Of a stretch of DNA of 64,000 bases, positions 19,288-30,183 are shown in pieces. Positions within the stretch are counted from its first letter, which is position 1. Each line of letters begins with the position of its first letter. A model generated the notes under the pieces. It made no database searches. It was not told the DNA's origin and was given only the letters and a program-made list of their open reading frames with translations. This stretch comes from Burkholderiales bacterium (GTDB taxonomy: Bacteria > Pseudomonadota > Gammaproteobacteria > Burkholderiales > Burkholderiaceae_D), in contig JAPLQC010000022.1 of the NCBI GenBank assembly GCA_026399895.1, forward strand, positions 7,132 through 71,131, in the 5' to 3' direction. The position numbers and the translations under genes are program-made.

Positions 19288-21489
19288 ATGGACCCTGACA
19301 AACGCCTCGACCTGGCCGCCTTTCCCGCACCATCCCGAATAACCTCTCGGGTCGCTGAGTGGTGGCATCTACTGCGCTTGCGGCCGCCGAAAACAAAATC
19401 AACGTGGTTCACGTGGATCAGGCATTGGCCGCTGTTAAAGCTGTTGCGGTCGCTGAAGTGGGGACTTGGATTGTCCTTGATCGTGTGCGCTGCAATGGCA
19501 TGGTTTTACACCAACGTCACGCTGACTGCGGCTATCAAGACACAAATCGCGAGTGAGCTACTGATGCACTCGCAACGTCTCGGCAAGGCAGCTCCGAATG
19601 CGATTCAGGGAAATCGCGATGCATTTCGTCAGCTCGAGCAAAGTCGCAGTGAAATCAATCAAGCGCTCGAGGTACTGGCCCAAGGCGGGCAGTGGCAAGG
19701 TCATACGCTACCCAAAGCCGATGATGCGCTGATCATACGCATCGAAGCAATACGCTCGGCCTGGCAGCGCTCGTCGCAAGCATCAGCGCAGTTGCTCACA
19801 CTGGAAAAACAACTCACAGGTTTTCGTAGCACGCTACAAAAGCTGAACACCCTCAATCCTGTACTGCTGGAGTTGAGTGAGCAGGTAGCTACTTTGCTTG
19901 CACAGAGTGGTGCCTCGCCGCGCGAGATTGCGGCTGCGGGTCAGCTCGTGATGCTGACGCAACGCCTGGGCAAAAGCGCGAACGAGTTTTTGACACCGGA
20001 TGGCATCAACCAAGATACCGCGTTCCTACTTGGCCGTGACGCGGGCACCTTTGATGACATTGTGCATGCCTTCCTCGAAGGTAGCCCGGTATTGCGCATG
20101 CCAGCGGTAACGAATACCGATGCGCGCGGACGCTTATCTGAATTACGCAATCAGTTCGCGATTTATCACCGCGAGCTATCCGGCATTCTCGGCAATCTGA
20201 AACACTTCATCGCTGCCAAAGAAGCCGAGCGTCGTATTTTTGTTGACAATGAATCTCTACGTGAGCGTTTGCTCGCACTACAGCAAGACTATCGCGGCAG
20301 CGAGGGTGGTGGTGCCTTGCGCTGGGCACTGGGTATCAGTGCGGTACTAAGCTTGTCATTAGGATTGTTAGTGGCGGCATTGCAGCTACAGCAAAGCCGA
20401 CTACGCGCCGTCGAGGCTGAGCAGGCTCGATCGCAGGCAGAGCAGCAACGCCAAAAAGCGCTGGCGGATGAAGAAGAAGCGCGCCGAATCAATCAGCAGA
20501 ATCAGGCCGCGATATTGCGACTGATGAACGAGCTGCAGGAAGTTGCCGAAGGTAATTTGACGGCACAGGCGACGGTATCCGAGGACATCACTGGCGCAAT
20601 CGCTGATTCAGTCAATTTCACATTGGATGAGTTACGTCGACTGTTGGGTAAAGTCAGAACGACCGCGCAGCAAGTCGCCAGCAGCTGCGCAACGGCGCAA
20701 GGTATTTCCGGCGATTTGTTGGGGCTAGCCGCGCGGCAGTCGCAAGAGATTCAGCAAACGGGTCAGGCCGTACTGCAGATGGCGCAGCAGATTCACCAAG
20801 TGTCTCGTGCGGCGAGTGAATCAGCGGATGTGGCACAGGCGTCGCTCAACGCCGCTGCTCAAGGTGAGAGTGCAGTACAGGGAGCGATTGGCAGCATGCA
20901 GCAATTGCGAGAGCAGATGCAGGAAAGTGCAAAGCGCATCAAGCGATTAGGTGATTCTTCACTCGAGATTGGTGACATCGTTGATTTGATTTCCGGCATC
21001 ACCGAGCAAACGCAGGTATTGGCACTGAACGCTGCCATACAAGCAGCGTCGGCCGGTGAAGCGGGGCGCGGCTTCGCGGTGGTGGCAGAGGAGGTGCAGC
21101 GGCTAGCCGAGCGCTGCGGCGATGCTGCGCGGCAGATTGCGCAGTTGGTGAAGACCGTACAAGCCGATGCGCAAGAGGCGGTTGCTGCCATGGAGCGCTC
21201 GACCCAGCGCGTAGTCGAGGGCGCGCAGCGATCAGACAGTGCGGGTGCAGCCCTGGCAGAGATTCATCGTGTTTCGCAGCACCTAGCTGATCTGATTCGT
21301 GGCATCTCGGCTGCCGCAGGTGAGCAAACCACTTTGGCAGATCATGTGGCGCATAACATCGATAGCATTCTGACGGTCACCGAGCATACCCGTCAGGGCA
21401 CCCAAATGACCGCAGCCTCAGTGAGTGAGCTGGCGCTGCTGGCCGACGAGCTGGGTGGTGCGATCAACCGTTTTCGTATCGACGCCTAA
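19288..21489 (+). CDS. pilJ: Methyl-accepting chemotaxis protein PilJ
   Basis: It has two TM segments and the highly conserved MCP signalling hairpin [36 protein letters not shown]. The start is uncertain (19243 or 19288). Confidence 0.88.
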   Translation: MDPDKRLDLAAFPAPSRITSRVAEWWHLLRLRPPKTKSTWFTWIRHWPLLKLLRSLKWGLGLSLIVCAAMAWFYTNVTLTAAIKTQIASELLMHSQRLGKAAPNAIQGNRDAFRQLEQSRSEINQALEVLAQGGQWQGHTLPKADDALIIRIEAIRSAWQRSSQASAQLLTLEKQLTGFRSTLQKLNTLNPVLLELSEQVATLLAQSGASPREIAAAGQLVMLTQRLGKSANEFLTPDGINQDTAFLLGRDAGTFDDIVHAFLEGSPVLRMPAVTNTDARGRLSELRNQFAIYHRELSGILGNLKHFIAAKEAERRIFVDNESLRERLLALQQDYRGSEGGGALRWALGISAVLSLSLGLLVAALQLQQSRLRAVEAEQARSQAEQQRQKALADEEEARRINQQNQAAILRLMNELQEVAEGNLTAQATVSEDITGAIADSVNFTLDELRRLLGKVRTTAQQVASSCATAQGISGDLLGLAARQSQEIQQTGQAVLQMAQQIHQVSRAASESADVAQASLNAAAQGESAVQGAIGSMQQLREQMQESAKRIKRLGDSSLEIGDIVDLISGITEQTQVLALNAAIQAASAGEAGRGFAVVAEEVQRLAERCGDAARQIAQLVKTVQADAQEAVAAMERSTQRVVEGAQRSDSAGAALAEIHRVSQHLADLIRGISAAAGEQTTLADHVAHNIDSILTVTEHTRQGTQMTAASVSELALLADELGGAINRFRIDA

Positions 21490-21495
21490 TCGACG

Positions 21496-24400
21496 GTGAA
21501 GACTATGGTGGGTGATCGTGTCGCCAATGAAGCACCAGTCGCTAGCCTCGCTGCGCTGGCAGAAGAGATAGAGCGTGACCTGAGTGAGCTCGCGCTCTCA
21601 TTACGCGAACCAAACGTCGCAGGCATCGACCCAGCGCCATTGATTGATGCCGCACGACGATTGGCGCAGGTTCAAGGTGCGCTGCTAATTATTGAGCAAG
21701 AAGGCCTGGCCGCACTCACACAGTTGGTTCGTGATCAGCTGATCACTTCAGGTCAGCAAACCACTACCACCCAGCATTCGAGCTACTTGATCGTGCAGCG
21801 GTTTCAAGAGCTGATTCGGCAAGGATTAGCCAATTGCTTACGCGGCCAAACACTCACCGCCGGTGACTTACTTCGGTGCTGGCATCAGCAGCTGGTGATT
21901 GGTGGACCGTCGACACTACAACCCGCTATGTTAGTGGCGCTTGATGTTGATCCGAATGCGTTGGCAGATTTGCCGCCGCCGGAGGTCACTGATCAGCTGC
22001 CTCCCGACCCTGATCAATCACTGCTGAAGTTTTTGCGGGCGCAAGATGATCTTGATCTGCGTGAGGCTGCAAAACAGATTGCCGCCTTATTTACTCAAGC
22101 CGCTGCTCGATTCAAGCAGCGTAATGAGCGCTACTACTGGCAGGCGGTACAGGCATGCTTGCTCGAATATGCGATTGCGGGTGGCGATGCCGCGCCCATC
22201 AAAAAAATCGCAGCATCTGGTGTACGTTTGCTGCGCCAGAGAGATCATCAAAACAATGCGTTAGCAGGGGCTGCACTCAGGTCAGTGACCCGCGATGCGC
22301 TATTCGAGTTGGCGCAGCGACCAGTGCAGACCGTACTTGCCCGTGCGGTCGTGAAGTTATTCCGAATCGAGCAGCAGTTTGCTGTGACTTCGAATGGCAT
22401 GGCGACTGATCCTGTCATCGATGAGGGGTTCGCTGCATGGACTAGCGCACTCGTTAATCTGATTTCTGCAATCGAAACCAATCCGGCATACATAGTCGAT
22501 CCTGCAGCATGGAGTTCATTGGTCGATACGGCTAGCACGTGGGCGTCGCTTTCGCCGGTCGCTGATCTGTTGAAAGACCTGGTCGGCCAAATCGCGTCGC
22601 GGTCAGGTGAGCCGATTCATGCCGAGGGAATTGCCGCAGGTTTGTGTTGTTTGCGCGATAGCGGCGATGTTAATGCGCTGCGAGTCGCGATCCAAACCAT
22701 GAAGCAGCTACTCAGCAGCACTGAGCCTCGACAATGCCTAAACCAATTAGGGCAATGGTCACGTGCTGAGAATGCGCATCGCTTGTTCGTCGCGCTGATA
22801 TCTGCCATGCGGTCTGACATGACACAGGTAGAGTATTTACTTGATGCTGAGCCGCCGGCGGAGGCAGCCACAACTTTAAAGGCGGCAGTGGCGGTACTAA
22901 CCCGTATCTCGGGTGCGCTGCAATTGTTGGGTCTGACCGATGAGCGTGAGCGGGTTATGCAACTGCACGATACGCTGGGTCAGAAAAACACGGCTGCCTG
23001 GATGGATGAAGCATTCGCGCAGCAGTGGGTGTTACTACAGACGATGTTAGCCCAACTGCCTTGGCAGAAGACGCTGCAAGCAAGCCAACCATCACAGCTG
23101 GCGGCTGGGCTAGATACCATCTTTATTGAAGAAGCACGGGCGCTGATTCACCTTATGCGCGACTATGCCGCAGCATCAGATATGGCTGGCATGGCGCAAA
23201 CAGCGCATACCTTGGGTGGTTGTTCAGCGACGGTTGGGCTCAGCGGTTTAGCGGAGTTATCGCTTACGCTTGAGTCAACACTAGAGCAAATGCTGGCCCG
23301 CGGGGGCGTGCTGGATGATGTGCTGCTCGATACAGTGCTGACGACTTTGGCATGCCTGATTGAGGATTTTGCGAGTCATGGTGAGCGCGGTGATGCGTCC
23401 GAATTAGCACGGTGCCTGCGTGAGTACTCGGTGGTACCGGGTGCCAACGATACAGTAGAGAAGCTTGACCTCACCATCAATCCATTCGCGCAGCAAGAGG
23501 CTGGGACAATACTGATTGATACGTTGGATGAGCCGGTCATCGACAACCTAAAGTACGTAGCTCATGATGCCAGTGATTCAAGTGATTCAACTGATTCAAG
23601 CGAGTTAAGCGAGTTAAGCGAGGTAGCATTAGAAATTGGTACAGCACCGTCACCATCACAGGCATCTTCATCTTCGCCTTCAGCAGCTACCCTCACGACA
23701 GCAACAATCTCTTCGAATCGGTTAGATGAACAGGAGGAGTTGTTCGAGATTTTCAAGTTGGAAGCCGCCGACTTGCTGCCGCAACTTGAACAGTCTCTAC
23801 GTCAGTGGCAACTTCATCCTGAAGATGGCTCGCAGGCGGCACAGCTGCTGCGGGTACTACATACGCTGAAGGGCAGTGCGCGGATGGCTGGCCGCGACGA
23901 CCTCGGTACAGAATTTCATCATGCCGAGGCAGAAGTAAGCGCGCTGTTGCAGCAAGCGCCGAATAGCCGTGTACCTGCTATTGCGGCGCTGTTGCATCGA
24001 GTCGATTTCTGGATCTATGGACTGACCCAGACAGCGGATACACTCTCTGGATTAACTCCAACGAGTCCACACCCAGCGACTATTGAAATTGCCGACGATG
24101 CGCAACTTGCTGCACGACTGGCTGCACAACGCCAACCCCAACCCCAACTCCTCGAAGCATCAGTAGCGCCGCAAAAAGACTTCGGATCCGACAATAGCGC
24201 ACCACCGGTTACTTCAAATGCGGAGAAGCGATTGCCGATGCTGCGGGTACGCGCCGACAGATTGACGCAATTTGCAGATACTGGCGCCGAGATATGGAGT
24301 AGCAACGCGCGGCTACGCGAGCTACTGCAAGAGCAGCGGCGTTCGTTTGCTGATCTCTCTGATGATCTGAGCAGGCTGCGGGCGCAACTACGCGAACTGG

Positions 24401-26130
24401 AAATCGAAGCGGAGTCACGTGTGCTTGCGCGCGCCAGTCAGGGGGTTAGCACCGACTTTGATCCGCTCGAGTTTGATCGATATACCCGCTTGCACGAGCT
24501 GACCCGCATGATGGCAGAGAGCATCACGGATGTGGTGGGCGTACAGCGTGGCTTGGCAAGCCAGTTGGAGCGGCTAACCACAGCAGCTGCTGAGCAGTTG
24601 CGCGATTTGCGTCGGCAGCAATCCGAACTGCAAGCCTTGCGCTCTCAGCCTTTGCATTCAGTTGAGGCGCGACTACGCCATGTGCTTAGGCAGGCAGCGC
24701 GCGAAATTTGCTGTGAGGTTGAATTAGAACTTCATCATGGCTCGGTCGAGATCGAGCGAGTACTACTCGATCGATTGCTCGGTCCGCTCGAGCATCTGCT
24801 GCGTAATTCTGTCGTGCACGGTATCGAGCAAGCGCAACAACGCCTGTTGCTGGGCAAATCAGAAACTGGTCTGGTGATGATTAGTGCCGCGCTGACGGGT
24901 AACGAGTTGCAGTTAACTGTGCAGGATGATGGGCGTGGATTGGATTTACAACGCATTCGGCAGCGCGCAGTAGAAGCAGGTCTGCTGCAAGCCGATGACG
25001 ATCTGGATGAGCGCGCGCTGAGCGCATTGATTTTTGCGCCGGGCTTGTCTACCGCCACTGAGGTAACGGCCTTGTCCGGACGCGGCATCGGCATGGATGC
25101 GGTACGAGCCGAGTTACATGCGCTGGGTGGGCAGATTGAGGTTGAGAGTGAAGCGGGTCAGGGGTGTGGTTTCACACTGCGCGTTCCTATGGGCTTGGCC
25201 AGCGTGATGGTTGTGTTGGTGCGTGCCGGTCAGTGGCGCATCGGTCTGCCTGCGGCCCTGGTTAAGCAAGCCTTGCAGATAGATGTAGCGACGATTCGCT
25301 CAGATGCTCAGCAGCAGATCGAGTGGCAAGGTACAACACTGCCATTGCGTCATCTTAGCCAAACCTTGGGTGACACCACTGCGCCGATAACAAAAGGCCG
25401 GGTTCCTGTTGCTATATTGAGCGATGGAGAAAACACAATCGCCTTGCAACTGGATGCGATCGAGGGTCAGCGCGAACTGATCGTCAAGCATCCCGGGCCA
25501 CAGCTATCGCGGGTGCCGGGTCTGGCGGGTGCGAGTGTGCTGGCGGATGGCACGATTGCACTCATCATTCATCCTTTCCGTTTGCCGGAAACCACCTCCG
25601 CGACAGCATTGTCTTCATCGCCGGCGTCAGAGCAACTGGCGACGGTGCTGGTGGTCGATGATTCACTGACGGTTCGTCGTGCCAGCCAGCGATTCCTTGA
25701 GCGCCATGGTTACGCCGTGGCTTTGGCGCGCGATGGTGTGGAGGCGCTGGCGTATCTGGGCAATGCTAGCCCGGCACTGATACTGCTGGATATCGAGATG
25801 CCGCGCATGGATGGCTTCGAACTACTCGCCACGCTACGCGACGATACACGCTGGCGTGACATACCGGTGGTGATGATCACCTCGCGTATGGCCGATCGGC
25901 ATCGCGAGCGCGCTATGCAACTCGGCGGCAACGCCTATATGGGCAAGCCTTACCGCGAAGACGAATTGCTCGCGTTATTGTCTACGATGCTGGCCGATGC
26001 TCGCTCGAGCAAAATCGTCAGCGACATCGTGACAAATAACCCTCTAAAAACCACGACAAACATCTCGATAAACACCGCGACCGAGATCGACAGCATGACC
26101 AATATGTCGACTGCGATCGTGAGTAATTAA
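21496..26130 (+). CDS. chpA: ChpA/PilL-type hybrid CheA histidine kinase (multiple Hpt-like modules, HATPase, CheW, C-terminal REC)
   Basis: 1544 aa. It has Hpt motifs AHTLGGCSA and LHTLKGSARMAG, HATPase blocks NSVVHGIE / DDGRGLD / GRGIGMD, a CheW-like region, and a REC domain (VVDDSLTVRR, DIEMPRMDG, GKP). Confidence 0.9.
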   Translation: MKTMVGDRVANEAPVASLAALAEEIERDLSELALSLREPNVAGIDPAPLIDAARRLAQVQGALLIIEQEGLAALTQLVRDQLITSGQQTTTTQHSSYLIVQRFQELIRQGLANCLRGQTLTAGDLLRCWHQQLVIGGPSTLQPAMLVALDVDPNALADLPPPEVTDQLPPDPDQSLLKFLRAQDDLDLREAAKQIAALFTQAAARFKQRNERYYWQAVQACLLEYAIAGGDAAPIKKIAASGVRLLRQRDHQNNALAGAALRSVTRDALFELAQRPVQTVLARAVVKLFRIEQQFAVTSNGMATDPVIDEGFAAWTSALVNLISAIETNPAYIVDPAAWSSLVDTASTWASLSPVADLLKDLVGQIASRSGEPIHAEGIAAGLCCLRDSGDVNALRVAIQTMKQLLSSTEPRQCLNQLGQWSRAENAHRLFVALISAMRSDMTQVEYLLDAEPPAEAATTLKAAVAVLTRISGALQLLGLTDERERVMQLHDTLGQKNTAAWMDEAFAQQWVLLQTMLAQLPWQKTLQASQPSQLAAGLDTIFIEEARALIHLMRDYAAASDMAGMAQTAHTLGGCSATVGLSGLAELSLTLESTLEQMLARGGVLDDVLLDTVLTTLACLIEDFASHGERGDASELARCLREYSVVPGANDTVEKLDLTINPFAQQEAGTILIDTLDEPVIDNLKYVAHDASDSSDSTDSSELSELSEVALEIGTAPSPSQASSSSPSAATLTTATISSNRLDEQEELFEIFKLEAADLLPQLEQSLRQWQLHPEDGSQAAQLLRVLHTLKGSARMAGRDDLGTEFHHAEAEVSALLQQAPNSRVPAIAALLHRVDFWIYGLTQTADTLSGLTPTSPHPATIEIADDAQLAARLAAQRQPQPQLLEASVAPQKDFGSDNSAPPVTSNAEKRLPMLRVRADRLTQFADTGAEIWSSNARLRELLQEQRRSFADLSDDLSRLRAQLRELEIEAESRVLARASQGVSTDFDPLEFDRYTRLHELTRMMAESITDVVGVQRGLASQLERLTTAAAEQLRDLRRQQSELQALRSQPLHSVEARLRHVLRQAAREICCEVELELHHGSVEIERVLLDRLLGPLEHLLRNSVVHGIEQAQQRLLLGKSETGLVMISAALTGNELQLTVQDDGRGLDLQRIRQRAVEAGLLQADDDLDERALSALIFAPGLSTATEVTALSGRGIGMDAVRAELHALGGQIEVESEAGQGCGFTLRVPMGLASVMVVLVRAGQWRIGLPAALVKQALQIDVATIRSDAQQQIEWQGTTLPLRHLSQTLGDTTAPITKGRVPVAILSDGENTIALQLDAIEGQRELIVKHPGPQLSRVPGLAGASVLADGTIALIIHPFRLPETTSATALSSSPASEQLATVLVVDDSLTVRRASQRFLERHGYAVALARDGVEALAYLGNASPALILLDIEMPRMDGFELLATLRDDTRWRDIPVVMITSRMADRHRERAMQLGGNAYMGKPYREDELLALLSTMLADARSSKIVSDIVTNNPLKTTTNISINTATEIDSMTNMSTAIVSN
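23572..23625 (+). repeat. Six 9-bp in-frame tandem units inside chpA
   Basis: AGTGATTCA, AGTGATTCA, ACTGATTCA, AGCGAGTTA, AGCGAGTTA, AGCGAGGTA, encoding SDS-SDS-TDS-SEL-SEL-SEV in an acidic linker. Confidence 0.95.
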
Positions 26131-26134
26131 ATGG

Positions 26135-27619
26135 TCAGGATTTTTTGACCACGGCATAGCGCGCCAAGGTGTTTTTTCTTGCTTCATCGTGCTGGACAAT
26201 CGGTGCTGGGTAATCCTTGCCCAGCGTGATGCCCGCCATCTCAAGCGTCATGCTCGGTGCCAGCCATGGCGCATGAATCTGTTTTGCATCTAGCTTATCG
26301 AGTTGCGGCAAATAACGCTTGATGAATTTTCCATCGGCATCGAATTTTTGCGATTGCGTAATCGGGTTGAAGATTCGGAAGTAAGGCTGGGCATCGCAGC
26401 CGGATGAGGCGGCCCATTGCCAGCCGCCGTTATTCGCCGATAGGTCGAAGTCATTCAACATGCGTGCGAAATAGGCTTCTCCGCGTCGCCAGTCGATGCC
26501 CAGATCCTTGATCAAGAAGCAGGCAGTGACCATGCGCAAGCGGTTGTGCATGTAGCCGCTGCGGTTCAGTTGCAGCATCGCGGCATCGACCAGTGGGTAG
26601 CCGGTTCGGCCTTCGCACCATGCGGCGAACATCTCATCGGCTTGCGGGCCTTCTTCCCACGCAATGCGGTCGTACTCTGCTTTGAATGCCGCGCCCTCAG
26701 CCACCTTGGGGTGGTAGTGCAGAATCATGAAATAAAAATCACGCCACACCAGTTCTGCCAGCCAGACTGCAGCACCATCGGCTCTGGTACCCGAGCGAAT
26801 CGCATCCATCGCATGTCGGGCCAATGAACGTATGGAAACCGTACCAAAGCGCAGATGTACCGAGAGGTAGGACGGTCCTTTGACCGATGGGAAATCACGC
26901 GACTCGCCGTAGCGCGATAGTCGCGGCAGAAAATCATCGATCAACTGCTGACCACCCTGCATACCGGTCGGGAGATGTTGTGCGCTGAGGTCGATATCCT
27001 CGAATCCCATCTCGGCTAGCGATGGCATCTTAGGCGCGGGGGAGGGCAGCGCGAGTTGGCCGGTCGCCGGTTGAACCTCAAAGTGCGGCAGTAGCGTGCT
27101 ATCGAGCACACCGATCGTCGGCTGAAATTTTTTCAGCCAGGCATTCTTGTACGGTGTGAACACCGAGAACGGATTGCCTACCTGCGAGAGGACTTCGTCC
27201 TTCTCGAAAATCACTTGGTCCTTGAAGCTGAAAAACTTGCGCTGCTGCCGCGCGAGAGCATCGGCGACGTGTTGGTCACGCTGCTTGGCATAGGGCTCGT
27301 AATCATGATTGCAGAACACCGCATCAATAGTGAGTGTCTGCGCCAAGGCTGGGATAGCTTCGGCCGCACGCGCGTGTTGCACGATAAGTCCACCGCCGTA
27401 CTGCTTGAGTTCTTCATCCAGCTCGCGCAGGCTGGCATGGAGGAATGCCACCCGCCGGTCCATGCTGCCATGGGCGAGCAGTGGGTCCAGGATGTCCTTG
27501 TCAAAAATGAAAACACAAAACACCTGTCTGGCGCTGGCCAGCGCATGATGTAGTGCTGCATGGTCGAAGCTGCGTAGGTCGCGGCGGAACCAGACCAGCG
27601 CGCGGTCGTAGGATTTCAT
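26135..27619 (-). CDS. phrB: Deoxyribodipyrimidine photolyase / cryptochrome-family flavoprotein
   Basis: 494 aa with N-terminal LVWFRRDLR and the FAD-binding region TGYPLVDAAMLQL...GYMHNRLRM...GGWQWAASSG. Confidence 0.9.
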   Translation of the reverse strand: MKSYDRALVWFRRDLRSFDHAALHHALASARQVFCVFIFDKDILDPLLAHGSMDRRVAFLHASLRELDEELKQYGGGLIVQHARAAEAIPALAQTLTIDAVFCNHDYEPYAKQRDQHVADALARQQRKFFSFKDQVIFEKDEVLSQVGNPFSVFTPYKNAWLKKFQPTIGVLDSTLLPHFEVQPATGQLALPSPAPKMPSLAEMGFEDIDLSAQHLPTGMQGGQQLIDDFLPRLSRYGESRDFPSVKGPSYLSVHLRFGTVSIRSLARHAMDAIRSGTRADGAAVWLAELVWRDFYFMILHYHPKVAEGAAFKAEYDRIAWEEGPQADEMFAAWCEGRTGYPLVDAAMLQLNRSGYMHNRLRMVTACFLIKDLGIDWRRGEAYFARMLNDFDLSANNGGWQWAASSGCDAQPYFRIFNPITQSQKFDADGKFIKRYLPQLDKLDAKQIHAPWLAPSMTLEMAGITLGKDYPAPIVQHDEARKNTLARYAVVKKS

Positions 27620-27707
27620 GAGGTGGTCGGGGGGTGAGATTGATCAACAGACCGACCAGTGTAACGGGGCTGCGGGTGTCGCGTGTAATGCTGCTAGAAT
27701 GCGAGCT

Positions 27708-28355
27708 ATGGCCACGCAAGGCAAGCCGCATTCCGCCGAGACCACCGCGCCAACCGCGGGCCGCGTCGATTTTTTTCCGAACCTTCCTGAATTACAGCTC
27801 GCCGATCACTTTCTGATCGCGATGCCGTCCATGCTCGACCCGGTATTTGGTGGCACGGTGGTCTACCTTTGTGAGCACAACAGCGACGGCGCACTGGGCA
27901 TGATCATTAACCGACCGACCGATATGACCATGGGTGTGTTGTTCGAGCGGCTCGAGTTGTCGCTCGAGATCGGTACTCACGATATGTCGCCTTCCGGTAA
28001 GCCGGTCCTGTTTGGTGGCCCGGTTCAGGTCGAGCGCGGTTTCGTTTTGCATGCACCGCGTGAGCGCTATAACTCCTCGTTGGTGGTGTCTGACGATGTG
28101 GTGTTAACCACCTCGCGCGATGTGTTGGAGCAAGCGGCGGCAGGCAATGGCCCGGATCGTTTGATCATTACGCTCGGTTGCGCTGGTTGGAGCGCGGGCC
28201 AGTTGGAAGAAGAAATTTTGCGTAATGGCTGGCTGACGGTAAAAGCCGATCCGTCGATTTTGTTTGAGGTGCCGATTGAAGAGCGCTTCTCGGCAGCGAT
28301 GCACTTGCTTGGTTTTGATCCTTCTGATCTGGCGGGTGAGGCCGGTCATGCATGA
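27708..28355 (+). CDS. YqgE/AlgH-family protein
   Basis: HFLIAMPSMLDPVFGGTVVYLCEHN and LFGGPVQVERGFVLH motifs. The start is uncertain (27618, 27699 or 27708). Confidence 0.85.
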   Translation: MATQGKPHSAETTAPTAGRVDFFPNLPELQLADHFLIAMPSMLDPVFGGTVVYLCEHNSDGALGMIINRPTDMTMGVLFERLELSLEIGTHDMSPSGKPVLFGGPVQVERGFVLHAPRERYNSSLVVSDDVVLTTSRDVLEQAAAGNGPDRLIITLGCAGWSAGQLEEEILRNGWLTVKADPSILFEVPIEERFSAAMHLLGFDPSDLAGEAGHA

Positions 28356-28741
28356 GCACCATCATTGCTTTTGACTTCGGCCTCAAGCGTATCGGCGTGG
28401 CAGTAGGTAATACCCTGTTGCGGCAGGCAACACCGCTGCCGGTGATTGTGGCTGGCAGTAACGATGATAAATTTGCCGCGATCAGTACACTGCTCGATGC
28501 TTGGCAGCCATCGACGCTAGTGGTTGGTTTGCCGCTGCACCCGGATGGCGCCGAGCATGAGATGACGGTGCGGTGTCGACGTTTCGCGAACCAGCTGCAT
28601 GGCCGTTACGATATCCCGGCGATTTTGGTGGATGAACGTTACAGCTCTGCTGTGCTGCCGCAGCGACGCGGTGAGCATATTGATAGCGAAGCAGCAGCGC
28701 TGATCTTGCAACAATATTTTGATCAACATGAACCTAACTGA
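28352..28741 (+). CDS. ruvX: Holliday-junction-resolvase-like pre-16S rRNA nuclease RuvX (YqgF)
   Basis: IIAFDFGLKRIGVAVG at the N-terminus, 129 aa. It overlaps the yqgE stop. Confidence 0.9.
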   Translation: MSTIIAFDFGLKRIGVAVGNTLLRQATPLPVIVAGSNDDKFAAISTLLDAWQPSTLVVGLPLHPDGAEHEMTVRCRRFANQLHGRYDIPAILVDERYSSAVLPQRRGEHIDSEAAALILQQYFDQHEPN

Positions 28742-29231
28742 ACTTGACGCTGAAGCTCTGTACGCGCAACTGGAAGCCCAAGTGCTATCCGGTTTGCTCG
28801 GCGCTGGCGAGGTCGCCGTGGTCGGTATCTACTCTGGTGGTGCCTGGCTGGCTGACCGACTCGCGCGTCGTCTTGGTAGTACCGACATTGGCTATATCGA
28901 TGTCTCGTTTTACAGAGATGATGTTGCGGAGCGTGGCTTGTCGGCGGAAGTAAAGCCGAGCCAAATTCCATTCGATGTGGAAGGCGCCACGATCTTGCTG
29001 GTGGATGACGTGCTATACACCGGTCGCACCACGCGCGCGGCGATCAACACCTTGTTCGACTATGGACGTCCCGCGAAGATCATGCTCGCGGCGCTGGTGG
29101 ATCGCGGTGATCGCGAGCTGCCGGTGGCTGCCGATTTCGTTGCGCATACTGTCACGCTCAGTAAGGAGCAGCACCTGGTACTCCACAAAGATGATGAGGG
29201 GCGCTTTCGCCTGACGGTAGATCATGTATAA
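28728..29231 (+). CDS. pyrR: PyrR, bifunctional pyrimidine regulatory protein / uracil phosphoribosyltransferase
   Basis: PRPP-binding loop [17 protein letters not shown]. It lies upstream of pyrB. Confidence 0.9.
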   Translation: MNLTELDAEALYAQLEAQVLSGLLGAGEVAVVGIYSGGAWLADRLARRLGSTDIGYIDVSFYRDDVAERGLSAEVKPSQIPFDVEGATILLVDDVLYTGRTTRAAINTLFDYGRPAKIMLAALVDRGDRELPVAADFVAHTVTLSKEQHLVLHKDDEGRFRLTVDHV

Positions 29232-30183
29232 CCCGCAACTCAATAAACACGGCGAATTGCAGCATTTGCTGACCCTGGAGGGTCTGCCGGCTTCAATCAT
29301 CACGCGAATTCTCGATACTGCGGCTTCGTTTGTCAGCGTCAGCGACAGAGAAGTCAAAAAAGTGCCGCTGATGCGCGGTAAGAGTGTGTTCAACTTGTTT
29401 TTCGAGAACAGCACGCGCACTCGTACCACCTTCGAGATTGCCTCCACGCGCTTGTCGGCCGATGTCATCAATCTGAATATTTCTGCGTCGTCGGCCAGTA
29501 AAGGCGAGTCGCTGCTCGATACCATCGACAACCTATCCGCTATGCACGCGGATATGTTTGTTGTGCGGCATGCGCAATCGGGCGCGCCTTACTTAATCGC
29601 CAAACATTTGGTCGAGACTGGGCAAGACCATGTGCACGTCGTGAATGCCGGCGATGGCCGCCATGCGCACCCGACTCAGGGTTTGCTCGACATGTACACT
29701 ATTCGGCACTACAAAAAAGATTTCCACAACCTGACGGTTGCGATTGTCGGCGACATTCTGCATAGCCGGGTGGCGCGCTCCGATATTCACGGGCTGACCA
29801 CACTCGGTGTGCCTGAGGTGCGTGCTATCGGGCCGCGTACTTTGTTGCCATCCTCGCTGGAGCAGATGGGGCTACGCGTGTTCAATGATATGAACGAGGG
29901 CCTCAAAGGTGTGGACGTCATCATCATGCTGCGACTACAGAACGAGCGTATGACAGGCGCGCTGCTACCGTCGGCACAAGAATATTTCAAAAGCTATGGC
30001 CTGACGCCTGAGCGACTCGCGCTGGCGAAGCCCGATGCCATCGTGATGCATCCGGGTCCAATGAATCGCGGTGTCGAAATTGACTCCGCGGTGGCCGATG
30101 GCGCGCAGGCGGTGATTCTGCCGCAGGTGACATTCGGTATCGCCGTCAGAATGGCCGTCATGAGCATGCTGGCGTCAGCATGA
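29224..30183 (+). CDS. pyrB: Aspartate carbamoyltransferase catalytic subunit
   Basis: [21 protein letters not shown] and HPGPMNRG motifs. Confidence 0.96.
   Translation: MYNPQLNKHGELQHLLTLEGLPASIITRILDTAASFVSVSDREVKKVPLMRGKSVFNLFFENSTRTRTTFEIASTRLSADVINLNISASSASKGESLLDTIDNLSAMHADMFVVRHAQSGAPYLIAKHLVETGQDHVHVVNAGDGRHAHPTQGLLDMYTIRHYKKDFHNLTVAIVGDILHSRVARSDIHGLTTLGVPEVRAIGPRTLLPSSLEQMGLRVFNDMNEGLKGVDVIIMLRLQNERMTGALLPSAQEYFKSYGLTPERLALAKPDAIVMHPGPMNRGVEIDSAVADGAQAVILPQVTFGIAVRMAVMSMLASA

Noticed and set aside
26035-26130. AT-rich Thr/Asn/Ser tail (NNPLKTTTNISINTATEIDSMTNMSTAIVSN) after the ChpA receiver domain, considered as a separate small gene or a read-through artefact.
   Set aside because: It is continuous in frame with no internal start or Shine-Dalgarno. 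It is most simply a low-complexity C-terminal extension, and I have no evidence for an independent feature.
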